A stretch of DNA of 32,000 nt from Pyrobaculum aerophilum str. IM2 (GCF_000007225.1 NC_003364.1:1260001-1292000); one strand, 5' to 3'. Counted from the stretch's first letter, positions 1-7,266 are shown. Translations and numbers: made by a program. The notes: generated by a model from the sequence alone, not told the origin.

Positions 1-122
1 CGCTTGACGTCCATATTGAATATGCATACCGCCATCCGGCGGCGTTTTCAATAGGCATAGTGTTTTCATGCTGGGCAACCCGGCGGGCTGGCGCAAGAGT
101 ATATCCAGACGGGCGCTACGAG

Positions 123-284
123 CTACTCTAGCGGCCCTCCGTATTTCTCCAACAGCTTTTCAACCGCATACCTCACCGCCTCGCAACGGTTGGGAAAAAA
201 CCCTCTAGACACTAGGCGGTCAATTTTTCTAACCAGCGGCTTGGGCAAAGTCACCGTAGTCAACACAGTCCTCTCAATTTCCAC
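123..284 (-). CDS. Ribbon-helix-helix (CopG/Arc-type) small DNA-binding protein, 53 aa, below the ORF-track size cutoff
   Basis: Hand translation of the minus strand from GTG (282-284) to TAG (123-125) gives VEIERTVLTTVTLPKPLVRKIDRLVSRGFFPNRCEAVRYAVEKLLEKYGGPLE. It has an N-terminal beta-strand (VTLPKPLV) followed by two helices with the F.NRSEA..A...L pattern typical of RHH proteins. An AT-rich box lies about 20 nt upstream. Confidence 0.6.
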   Translation of the reverse strand: MEIERTVLTTVTLPKPLVRKIDRLVSRGFFPNRCEAVRYAVEKLLEKYGGPLE

Positions 285-313
285 ATATATAATTCAACTC
301 TTTATTAAAAGTA
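285..313. promoter_or_regulatory. 29-bp divergent spacer with two opposed TATA-like boxes
   Basis: The spacer reads atatataattcaactctttattaaaagta. ATATATAA is centred about 26 nt upstream of ATG 314 on the plus strand. TTTTAATAAA on the minus strand is centred about 21 nt upstream of GTG 284. Confidence 0.45.
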
Positions 314-736
314 ATGTGCGAACGGTCCCCCATTCCCACTCCGGTGTTTGTTATAGTAGTGGCAGATCACGGCGCCGTTGTGGGGTGGCCCGTGGTCATT
401 CCGGGCGACCAGACAATAGTGGGCCTGCCGCTTCATAAAAGCAGGAGGACTCTCCAGTTAATACGGCGCGAAAAAGCCTTCTCGATAAACATGGTGGCTG
501 ACGCAGATAGGGCTTATGAGATTTTCGGCAAGCCCGGCGATAAAAAACTGGAAAGGTGGGGCGCCGTCGCCGACTGCAAGATACTGCCGTGCAAGAGGCT
601 GGGAGACGCCGCCAGAGTCGTCGAGTGTCTCTACGAGCGGGAGGTGGAAGTAAGTGACCACGTAATTGTATTTTGTAAAGCCGTTATTAGTTATGGCTGT
701 GGCAATTATGCCGTGTGGGATCCTTGTAAGGCCTAG
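314..736 (+). CDS. Hypothetical Cys-rich protein, 140 aa
   Basis: ORF-track entry with a well-placed upstream TATA-like box. I recognise no family motif. Its 3' end overlaps the convergent MoaD-like gene by 4 nt. Confidence 0.4.
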   Translation: MCERSPIPTPVFVIVVADHGAVVGWPVVIPGDQTIVGLPLHKSRRTLQLIRREKAFSINMVADADRAYEIFGKPGDKKLERWGAVADCKILPCKRLGDAARVVECLYEREVEVSDHVIVFCKAVISYGCGNYAVWDPCKA

Positions 737-1014
737 CCGCCCGCCGCAGGAGGGATAAACACCACTTCATCCCCCTCTTTTAACTCAGTATCGAGCCCTT
801 TTAACCATTCGACAGCCCTCCCGTTCACCAGTATATTGTACATAGGCTTCAGCTGATTCCCTTCTTCCAGTAGCTCGCTTTTTAATTTTGGAAACTTCTC
901 GTTTAGTATATCAATGAGACTTTTCACAGTTATGCCTTGGGGGACCTCTAACTCCGTCTTCATAACTCCAGTCAAGTCGTATAAAGTCGCCAAGAACTTC
1001 ACCCGTATTTTCAC
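733..1014 (-). CDS. MoaD/ThiS-family ubiquitin-like sulfur-carrier or small modifier protein (SAMP/Urm1-like), 93 aa
   Basis: The size, the beta-grasp-like sequence (MKIRVKFLATL...GDEVVFIPPAAGG) and the C-terminal Gly-Gly directly before the TAG stop all fit this family. Confidence 0.8.
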   Translation of the reverse strand: MKIRVKFLATLYDLTGVMKTELEVPQGITVKSLIDILNEKFPKLKSELLEEGNQLKPMYNILVNGRAVEWLKGLDTELKEGDEVVFIPPAAGG

Positions 1015-1470
1015 AGTATAAATCGCATGCTACTTTATTAACTTTTCCCGCTCAAACGCTTTAAACACTTGGCGCCGCCAATGCTTCGGAGAGTCAGCGC
1101 CGACGTTTAGGGAGAGGGAGGTGGCTAGAAGGCTAGAGGACTACTACGTCCTTTGAGAAATGACAAAGGCTGCGAAAAGGGAGTTTGGGCGCCTCCTCAC
1201 TGACGGGCTTGGCATTGTGGAGGGCCTTGGAGTGGCCTTTTGGTGGGAGGGGAGGCAAGCCAATGTCGTGTTTCGTGACGTAGAGAAAGGCCTTCTATAA
1301 TGTGGGGGAAAAGATGGCTATGTTTTACGTGCACGGTACGCCCCATGGGGTGTACCTTAGATCCTAAGTCAAGGCACATAAGGGAGATGGGAGTAGTTAA
1401 AGCGGCATGTTAAAGGGCTCTCCCGCCAATTTTTCAAACCCTCGCGTAGGTTTAAAGCACTTTATAACTC

Positions 1471-1851
1471 CTAGCGTTCAAAATAAAAACACGGCGACGC
1501 ATATGCGCTTTCACAAACTCTTACCCAAGTGGCGCCCATGAGGTCGGCTATATGCTTCGCCAAACACTCGCCGCTGACGCCCTTCGCCTCGCAAGGTACT
1601 ATATACACCTCGTCGGCGCTTAAAGGCGTCTGCTCTGAGCTTGAAGCCAAATACTTGCCATCAAGTTTTGCAAGCAGTTCTTTAAACCTATCGCCGGCAG
1701 CAGAGGCGTCGACCACAACTTCGTGATATCCCTCTTTACATATCCCCACGGTTATGTAGTAGTCATGGCCGTGTACTCTACTCCATGTCGGCGAAAAAGC
1801 GGGTTTATGGGCCACTGAGATCGAGCCCCGTAATTCCACGCATGTGCGCAT
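1471..1851 (-). CDS. queD: 6-pyruvoyl-tetrahydropterin synthase / 6-carboxy-tetrahydropterin synthase (QueD-like)
   Basis: 126 aa with the SISVAHK...RVHGHDYYITV zinc-ligand His pattern, LDGKYLA (compare LDHxYLN) and a C-terminal VRVCES...C motif, as in the PTPS/QueD family. Confidence 0.75.
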   Translation of the reverse strand: MRTCVELRGSISVAHKPAFSPTWSRVHGHDYYITVGICKEGYHEVVVDASAAGDRFKELLAKLDGKYLASSSEQTPLSADEVYIVPCEAKGVSGECLAKHIADLMGATWVRVCESAYASPCFYFER

Positions 1852-1918
1852 GGCGCAAGCTTTTTGCCAATTAATAGTTCTTTTCCGGGGATCTGCCAGA
1901 GCTCTTGCTAATGTTTAA

Positions 1919-2848
1919 GTGCTAGGTTTTATTAAGGGGGGAGACATAAGCTCTGTGAGTGCCGTCGATATAGATACGGCAGAGGTAGTTGCCGAGATAT
2001 TAAAAAGGCTTGGCGTGAAGCGCGATAACTATACTGATCCACGCTTCTATCCGCCGTCTAGCGATCCAATTGAGGACCAAGCGGCATATTTTGTCTCCAT
2101 GGTGGCGGTGGATCACCGCACAAGCTTATGGGAGCCTTTTGAAGGGGTGGTGATGGGCGAGTTTTTTCACGGCGCTGACGCGCTGTACCGTTTAGGGAGG
2201 CTGGCATATGACGAGGGGTTTTTCAAGGCGGACAGGCTAGCCGACTTAACTCCTGGGGAGGCCCAACGGCTCTTCACGCTGGGAGGTAAAAGGGTGTGGG
2301 ATTTTGACGTTAGAGTGTTGCTCTTAAGAGACGTGGGCAAGAAGGCGAAGATAAACGGCGGATTTAAGGCGTTAATTTCGGCTGATAGCGTTAAACAACT
2401 GCGTAGCAAGTTGTCGAACATCAGGGCGTATGAAGACCCCGTGGGGAAAAAGGCCTTGTTACTCGCCAAGTTCTTAGAGGGCAGGAGGCTGGCCGATTTT
2501 AAAGACTCTGCAGATGCCGATGTGCCCGTGGACAACCACCTGAGCCGCGTGGCATATAGGCTGGGCATAGTGGAGATTAACTACGACTTTTTAGAAAGCG
2601 GAGTTGAAGTAACGCGGGAAGAGGACATAAGGCTCAGAGAGTTGGTGAAAATAAGCTGGAGAATAGTGGCCAAATTCGCAGATCTCCACCCCTTCGCCCT
2701 CGACGACTACCTCTGGAACTTCGGCAGGAAAATTTGCAAAAGAGAGGCGCCGCAGTGTACCGTTTGTCCCTTCAAAGAAGTATGCAAAGCCCACAAGCTG
2801 GGAAGATATCCTCCAGAACACCTCCACCTCCTCACTTGGTACTACTAG
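1919..2848 (+). CDS. DUF2419/Qng1-like (queuosine-salvage-type) glycosylase-fold protein with an EndoIII-type Fe-S cluster loop
   Basis: 309 aa. Its C-terminal blocks are VDNHLSRVAYRLGIV, EEDIRLRE, LDDYLWNFG and PPEHLHLLTWYY. They resemble my recollection of the DUF2419 (human QNG1/C9orf64) C-terminus: ADYRLPQVLAHLGAL, QEVEIRG, LLDYYLWDYA, PFHRIRCIYY. An inserted CKREAPQCTVCPFKEVC (C-x6-C-x2-C-x5-C, nt 2735-2785) matches the EndoIII/MutY Fe-S loop spacing. The start codon is GTG. Confidence 0.6.
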   Translation: MLGFIKGGDISSVSAVDIDTAEVVAEILKRLGVKRDNYTDPRFYPPSSDPIEDQAAYFVSMVAVDHRTSLWEPFEGVVMGEFFHGADALYRLGRLAYDEGFFKADRLADLTPGEAQRLFTLGGKRVWDFDVRVLLLRDVGKKAKINGGFKALISADSVKQLRSKLSNIRAYEDPVGKKALLLAKFLEGRRLADFKDSADADVPVDNHLSRVAYRLGIVEINYDFLESGVEVTREEDIRLRELVKISWRIVAKFADLHPFALDDYLWNFGRKICKREAPQCTVCPFKEVCKAHKLGRYPPEHLHLLTWYY

Positions 2849-2887
2849 GCGCAAATTTGCGCGTCTTGTGACCGCTTTTGTTTTCTT
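2849..2887 (+). terminator. Candidate terminator: perfect 14-bp palindrome followed by an oligo-T tract
   Basis: GCGCAAATTTGCGC (2849-2862) begins directly after the stop codon. CTTTTGTTTTCTT follows at 2875-2887. Archaeal termination typically uses oligo-T. Confidence 0.4.
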
Positions 2888-2969
2888 AGTGCTTATTGCT
2901 ACACTCCCCTGGGCCGTCTAAAGGCCGCGCCCTCTATATATTTAAACGCAATCCTCCGCTATGGTATAC

Positions 2970-3006
2970 GGCGTAGCTGTCGCTTGAATGTGGACTCAGC
3001 TACGCC
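2970..3006. other. Perfect 10-bp stem hairpin with a 17-nt loop
   Basis: GGCGTAGCTG (2970-2979) is the exact reverse complement of CAGCTACGCC (2997-3006). The hairpin lies 10 nt beyond the stop of minus-strand ORF 3016-3324. It also lies about 25 nt downstream of a plus-strand TATATATTTAAA box (about 2935-2947). Confidence 0.5.
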
Positions 3007-3015
3007 TGATCTATC

Positions 3016-3324
3016 CTAAAAATCTACCTCTCTGACCACTCCATATCTCTTGCGTAATCTTCCCGCTCCTGATAATAGTCTTCTTGCTGATGCCAGGCAT
3101 ATGGCAAGACAAGACAAACGCGGATTGTGCACCACCAGCGCCTCTTTCTCATCGAATTGCCTATTACAAATCAGCACGGAGATCTCTGTATCGCATAATC
3201 CCACATAAACTCTGACCATATACCTCGTCACAACACTTCGAGTATTGAAGCTCCGCATTTCTCCCAATCGCTTCGTCGCAAGCTCGTCACCCTCCTGTTC
3301 AACCTTCACATCGCTAGTAGCCAT
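3016..3324 (-). CDS. Hypothetical protein, 102 aa
   Basis: ORF-track entry only, with no recognisable motif. It sits at the edge of the low-G+C island. Confidence 0.3.
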   Translation of the reverse strand: MATSDVKVEQEGDELATKRLGEMRSFNTRSVVTRYMVRVYVGLCDTEISVLICNRQFDEKEALVVHNPRLSCLAICLASARRLLSGAGRLRKRYGVVREVDF

Positions 3325-3576
3325 TTAAGTTCTCTCTTACCGCAACAATAAGGCCTATTAGCATTTTGGGACTATCGATATCATGATTTGAGGAGAAGCG
3401 CCAGAACGAAATCTAATGCCTTAATCATTTTAGTAATCGTTTACCGTATGTCAGACGTTTTGCGCATTAAGTCGTGCATCGTCACATGCGGCTTCACTGT
3501 TGTACAGTACATTTGCTAACTGCATAAAAATATTACGTCTATTGGCTAAGTAAAAAAGAGGTGTTTCTCTTCACTC

Positions 3577-3915
3577 ATGATCAAAAGGTATATTTGGGCT
3601 ATGACAATACTGCTTGTGGCTACAACAATGGCGTCTGTAATTGAACTATATGATGAGGGATATAGAGGAGAATGTAGCCCCATGGATAATTGTAGCGAAC
3701 AAAAGATGTATACTAAGGTATGGTATTATGATACAGAGAAACGCGACGTCATCGGTGATGCCGGGAATCTTTGGACTATTCTAGAGGTATGTGGGTTGCT
3801 CACGTACGAGAGAGTATCATCCATATGCCTACGGTTGTTTTTACGAAAGGTTACTGAAGAGATATGTCTTTATCCGCTTAGACTACGACAAGGTAGATTG
3901 GGTGTATTTAGTTAG
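3577..3915 (+). CDS. Small secreted or membrane-anchored hypothetical protein, 112 aa
   Basis: The N-terminus has a hydrophobic signal-like segment (MIKRYIWAMTILLVATTMASV). The region is low in G+C. The ORF ends at a TAG that is in frame with the next gene. Confidence 0.45.
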   Translation: MIKRYIWAMTILLVATTMASVIELYDEGYRGECSPMDNCSEQKMYTKVWYYDTEKRDVIGDAGNLWTILEVCGLLTYERVSSICLRLFLRKVTEEICLYPLRLRQGRLGVFS

Positions 3916-3918
3916 CAC

Positions 3919-4566
3919 ATGGGTTACGCAAAGTGGCGTAACGGCATATCCAGAGGTATGTTGAAAGTTATAGTAGCTATTACAATAACAATAATTGCGG
4001 CATTAATAATTTTTGCAACAGCTGGGGCTAGCGTCAAGAAAGAAACACCTATAACTAACGGCACATTTACGGCTATTTATCACGCCGAGATTTTATGTAC
4101 GGAAAGGGTGTCGGGCAAGCTGACTTTGGTATAGCGTAATAACAAGCTTGTACGTGTTGAATTTAACAACAAGGCTCTGCCGCTGGCCATATTTAAATAT
4201 CCGCATAATGTAGCTAAAGGCGGCGAGTTTTTACTAGATCTCAGAAAAATTACTACCATTGGAAACGTCACTGAAGGCAATGTTACAGTCACAGTAAGGA
4301 GGGCAAGGCCGGCTTCACATGACGAAAGTCCATACAAGGCCAGGTCGTCGTTAATAATAAGTACAAGGGCAGTTATCAAGAACTTAACTGTGCCAGGCGT
4401 TGCGGATATATACTACGGCACGTTCCACGACTCAATAGACTTTGATGACGTGGCCAATGTGCCCTACCATTTTGCCATTACCATATTCCATCCATCCGCA
4501 AGGTCAATGGGCTGTAGCGGGGCCTTTGCCACGATATTTGCCACGTTAGTAGATGTTAAAAATTAG
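3919..4566 (+). pseudogene. Pilin-like (class III signal-peptide-like) secreted protein interrupted by an in-frame TAG at 4132-4134
   Basis: The N-terminus KWRNGISRGMLKVIVAITITIIAALIIFATAG resembles archaeal type IV pilin-like signal peptides (basic residues, G, S, then a hydrophobic helix). After the TAG the same frame stays open for 143 more sense codons (4135-4563, hand-translated RNNKLVRVEFNNKALPLAIFKYPHNVAKGGEF...ATLVDVKN). The first ATG/GTG/TTG codon in that stretch is a GTG 85 codons in (4390-4392), so most of it cannot be an independent gene. An open frame this long is very unlikely by chance in roughly 38% G+C sequence. Confidence 0.6.
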
Positions 4567-4882
4567 AGGGTGTTAAAGATTTTTCTAAATATATTTTGAT
4601 AAACATTACCATTTTTTAGTTCATTAAGTTTTCTTAAGCTATTTTTAATAACGCCTACCCGACTGACTACTGGCGCTCCCTTATTGAGATTTTATGCCTA
4701 TTGAAATGCAACTCCAGCGCCAAACGGATATCCGCTTACTAATCCTCTCAACAGCTCAATTCCCGCACACACAGAGAATTGCGTATGAGCTATAATCTCT
4801 AGCCCTGTCTTATTAATTCCAGCAGAGTGAGTGTGTTGCTACCCGTTTTAACAACTACTCTTGTACCCCACTCCCTAGGGCC

Positions 4883-5396
4883 CTATGGGGAAATTCGCAC
4901 TGGCTCAAACCCAGGCGCCCCTAAGATGAATTTCGCCTGGCCGCAATCGATAAACAAGACGTATTCATAACCCGAAGCGAGAAAGCCGTAGCCCTCCACG
5001 CCATTAATAGACAGCGTACCCATAGCGCCGAAACCAGGTACGCCAACGCCAAACTCTCTCCGTATTTCAACCTCGGAGCCTTTGTACCAACTCTTTTCAC
5101 ACGCGGAGACGTCATAATCCACAAACTCGGGCGCGCCCCACGCCCAGAGCGAGAGATGCGTTCCCGTTATATACAAAGCCGTAGTTCTTATCGAAACCGC
5201 CCGTAAGTGCTGGTTCTAAGCCGTATGTTAAAGCCAAAGCGGCAACTATTATCAGCGCCGCCTTCTTTATACCAACACCTTTTGCCCAGAGTAAGAGAAA
5301 TACGAAAACCATTGCAGGGATCGTTGCTAGAGAGATAAATGTCCACGTCTTGAAAATAAAATCACTAGCTGGGACGAGGTATTGAAAGCCGCTCAT
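4883..5396 (-). pseudogene. Membrane protein (two TM helices plus a soluble C-terminal domain) split by a frameshift, last gene of the radical-SAM cassette
   Basis: ORFs 5112-5396 and 4883-5176 overlap in different frames. Both frames are open across 5115-5215. The joined reading would be ...GGFDKNYGFVY/ITGTHLSLWAWGAPEF.... The start codon forms an ATGA overlap (5393-5396) with the upstream radical-SAM C-terminal ORF. Confidence 0.5.
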
Positions 5397-6339
5397 GCTT
5401 TAAATAGTCCGCCCTCCCTAACCCATTGCATTAACTCCCTGAGCCATTCCTCCTTTTGAGCGGCCTTGCGTACAATAGAGTCCCAGTATTTCGTAGCTAA
5501 GAGGTGACAAGCATGGCACGGGTGGTAGACTATTTCATCTGGATCTATTTCCCACACTAATCTATGAGGACCTTTTATGAGAATTTGCCACACGAGTGTA
5601 TTCGAATAAATCTTTTTTATAATGTCTGCGAGATCTCCCGGTATATATTTCCGATTCTAGTAAACCATCCACTTTCAGGATCGTTAATTATGTGACCGCA
5701 ACAAAACGCCACGTCACCGTTTGGATGTACTGATAAATGTCCTACATCGCCACACCCATAACCGCTTACGTTAATTACAGTCTCAAGCCCCTTGGCCCTT
5801 GACGTCGGTGACAAGAAGTCCTCTAATATTAACACTTTATTATCCAGGCCTTCTAATTTAAGCCTTTCTCTAATAACATTTGCAGTTATTAGACTATTCT
5901 TAGCTCTCACTACTGCTATAACAGTCCTTAACCCTAAGTCAACAGCGGCTCTAACTGCATTTACAATATTACGCCATCCCCCATAGCGAGAGAGCCATTC
6001 ATCGTGAAAATCATCATATGAAATATTGAGCTCCTCAAGGCCTAGAGCTCTGAGATCGTCTAAAAAATGATACGTCCTCTGTGGAGTTGAAGCCCACCAT
6101 GCGTTTGTAACAACACGCGTAATAAATGACAGATCGGCTGCCTTTTTGAGTAAGGTTCTTAAATGTGAAAGATATAAAGTCGGCTCGCCACCAGCGGCGG
6201 CAACGACTTTAATCGAAGATATATAGTAAGCTTGGTCGAGTACTTTTTCTATCGTCTCTATCGGCAGTAATTCGTCGTGAAAAGGTCCGGCTCCTACAGA
6301 GCAATGCTTGCATAAAAAATTGCACTTATATGAATACAA
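5393..6339 (-). pseudogene. Radical SAM enzyme with a SPASM/twitch-like C-terminal Cys domain, split by a frameshift within 5620-5656
   Basis: It carries the CNFLCKHC (C-x3-C-x2-C) cluster motif at 6301-6324, a GGEPTL SAM-binding motif, and CGDVGHLSVHPNGDVAFCC, which fits C-x9-15-G-x4-C. The RIGNIY block stops after 6 more codons. A second frame, open from 5656, continues DLADIIKKIYSNTLVWQILIKG...YHPCHACHLL, which is ORF 5393-5593. That is the expected continuation (GNI...L.EI... then C-x2-C) of such domains. The start codon is TTG. Confidence 0.75.
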
Positions 6340-6344
6340 AAAAG

Positions 6345-6539
6345 CTATTCATCTATTATTTCTTCAAATGTTTGCCTTTCAGTTTCAAATTGTAGGAATT
6401 CTAAATCGGTGGCGTAGACGAATACTGAATTTTTATCCCCTCCGCGCACGATGGTAAGCGATGGCACGTATACATCTTCAAAATTGCCTCTTAAGGCATA
6501 TGCCGTAATGTCCGTAGGGTTCTCTCCCCTTGGCTTCAC
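6345..6539 (-). CDS. Small acidic ORF (64 aa, GTG start) directly upstream of, and in frame with, the radical SAM gene
   Basis: ORF-track entry. Its TAG stop (6345-6347) is separated from the rSAM TTG start by only two codons (CTT TTT) in the same frame. It could be a precursor-peptide-like gene or a severed N-terminal domain. It contains no Cys. Confidence 0.4.
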   Translation of the reverse strand: MKPRGENPTDITAYALRGNFEDVYVPSLTIVRGGDKNSVFVYATDLEFLQFETERQTFEEIIDE

Positions 6540-6793
6540 TTCTACATCAATTTTAGTCAGTATGTTGGTATTGTGTTCAAACTCCTCTACGCTTTTTACA
6601 TTAATACATTATCTCACCTGTCTTCGGGGCAGTACTCCTGGCCAGTGCCAATATTGGCGCTATGCTTGACAGCGCCATACTGCCTAGTATAATGCGCTGT
6701 AACGTCTCCCTTCTAGTTAGTATATCTCAGACATCCTTTTGAACAATATCCTCCGCGGACATAAGTTTTTTCGCGCGCGCGCTTTTAAGCTTT

Positions 6794-7222
6794 ATGCCAG
6801 CAAGATTTGTGATTGAAATATGGATTTACGCTATGTCATTACTTACAATTGTGTTGCCGTTGTATTACGTGAACTGGAACATTAGTAAAATCCCCCTGCC
6901 TCTAGCTATTGTCGTGTTTACGCCGCCCGTTATAATTATAACGTTTTTCATGCCGAAAAAGTTCCTGCTAGAAAACGGCGTAGTGAAGCTGTGTTCGCTG
7001 ACTAGGTGTAAAGAATATCAAGTCTTAGAGGATAAGGGATTTGTAGACAGAAAAGACGTGTGGAAACGCTATATGTTCTGTAGCGGCTGGCGCTTCCCGC
7101 TTTCTGCATGGGCCTTATGTCCCGATGGAAATATGTATTTCTCTACGCTCAGATGTAATGACAAGTGGAGAGTTTTGAGAATAAAAAACAAGGAGGAGTA
7201 CACGCTCTGGCTGTGTGGCTAA
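6794..7222 (+). CDS. Hypothetical membrane protein, 142 aa, with two N-terminal TM helices
   Basis: ORF-track entry with hydrophobic segments IWIYAMSLLTIVLPLYY and LPLAIVVFTPPVIIITFF. The region is low in G+C. Confidence 0.45.
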   Translation: MPARFVIEIWIYAMSLLTIVLPLYYVNWNISKIPLPLAIVVFTPPVIIITFFMPKKFLLENGVVKLCSLTRCKEYQVLEDKGFVDRKDVWKRYMFCSGWRFPLSAWALCPDGNMYFSTLRCNDKWRVLRIKNKEEYTLWLCG

Positions 7223-7266
7223 GACATAAGGGAATGCTCTTATAAGCAAGGAGATTTTTCAGGGCT

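Noticed and set aside
1-69. Partial minus-strand ORF starting at ATG 67-69 (MKTLCLLKTPPDGGMHIQYGRQA...) downstream of the RHH gene, as a possible toxin partner
   Set aside because: Only 23 codons are visible and they show no PIN/VapC or other toxin motif. It cannot be supported from this window.
1022-1300. Possible small plus-strand gene: frame 2 is open from about 1022 with an in-frame TGA at 1154-1156, then a 46-aa ORF at 1160-1300 (MTKAAKREFGRLLTDGLGIVEGLGVAFWWEGRQANVVFRDVEKGLL)
   Set aside because: It has no recognisable family, no clear start for the upstream part and no well-placed promoter box. The evidence is too weak to call, and it may be another gene remnant.
2167-2854. Minus-strand ORFs 2167-2568 and 2591-2854
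   Set aside because: They are antisense to the Qng1-like gene. Their translations are Ser/Leu/Ala-rich and match no family.
4080-4379. ORF-track entry of 99 aa on the minus strand
   Set aside because: It lies antisense to the long open plus-strand frame that continues the pilin-like gene, so it is probably a shadow ORF.
2901-4886. CACTCCCCTGGGCC (about 2903) versus CACTCCCTAGGGCC (about 4869) as flanking direct repeats of the low-G+C island
   Set aside because: The match is short and imperfect, and the second copy lies in the middle of the island rather than at its right edge. It is likely a coincidence.
6772-6782. Alternating (CG)5C tract between a TATA-like box and the ATG of ORF 6794
   Set aside because: The tract is real but short. 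I can assign it no specific function, and Z-DNA or regulatory significance would be pure speculation.
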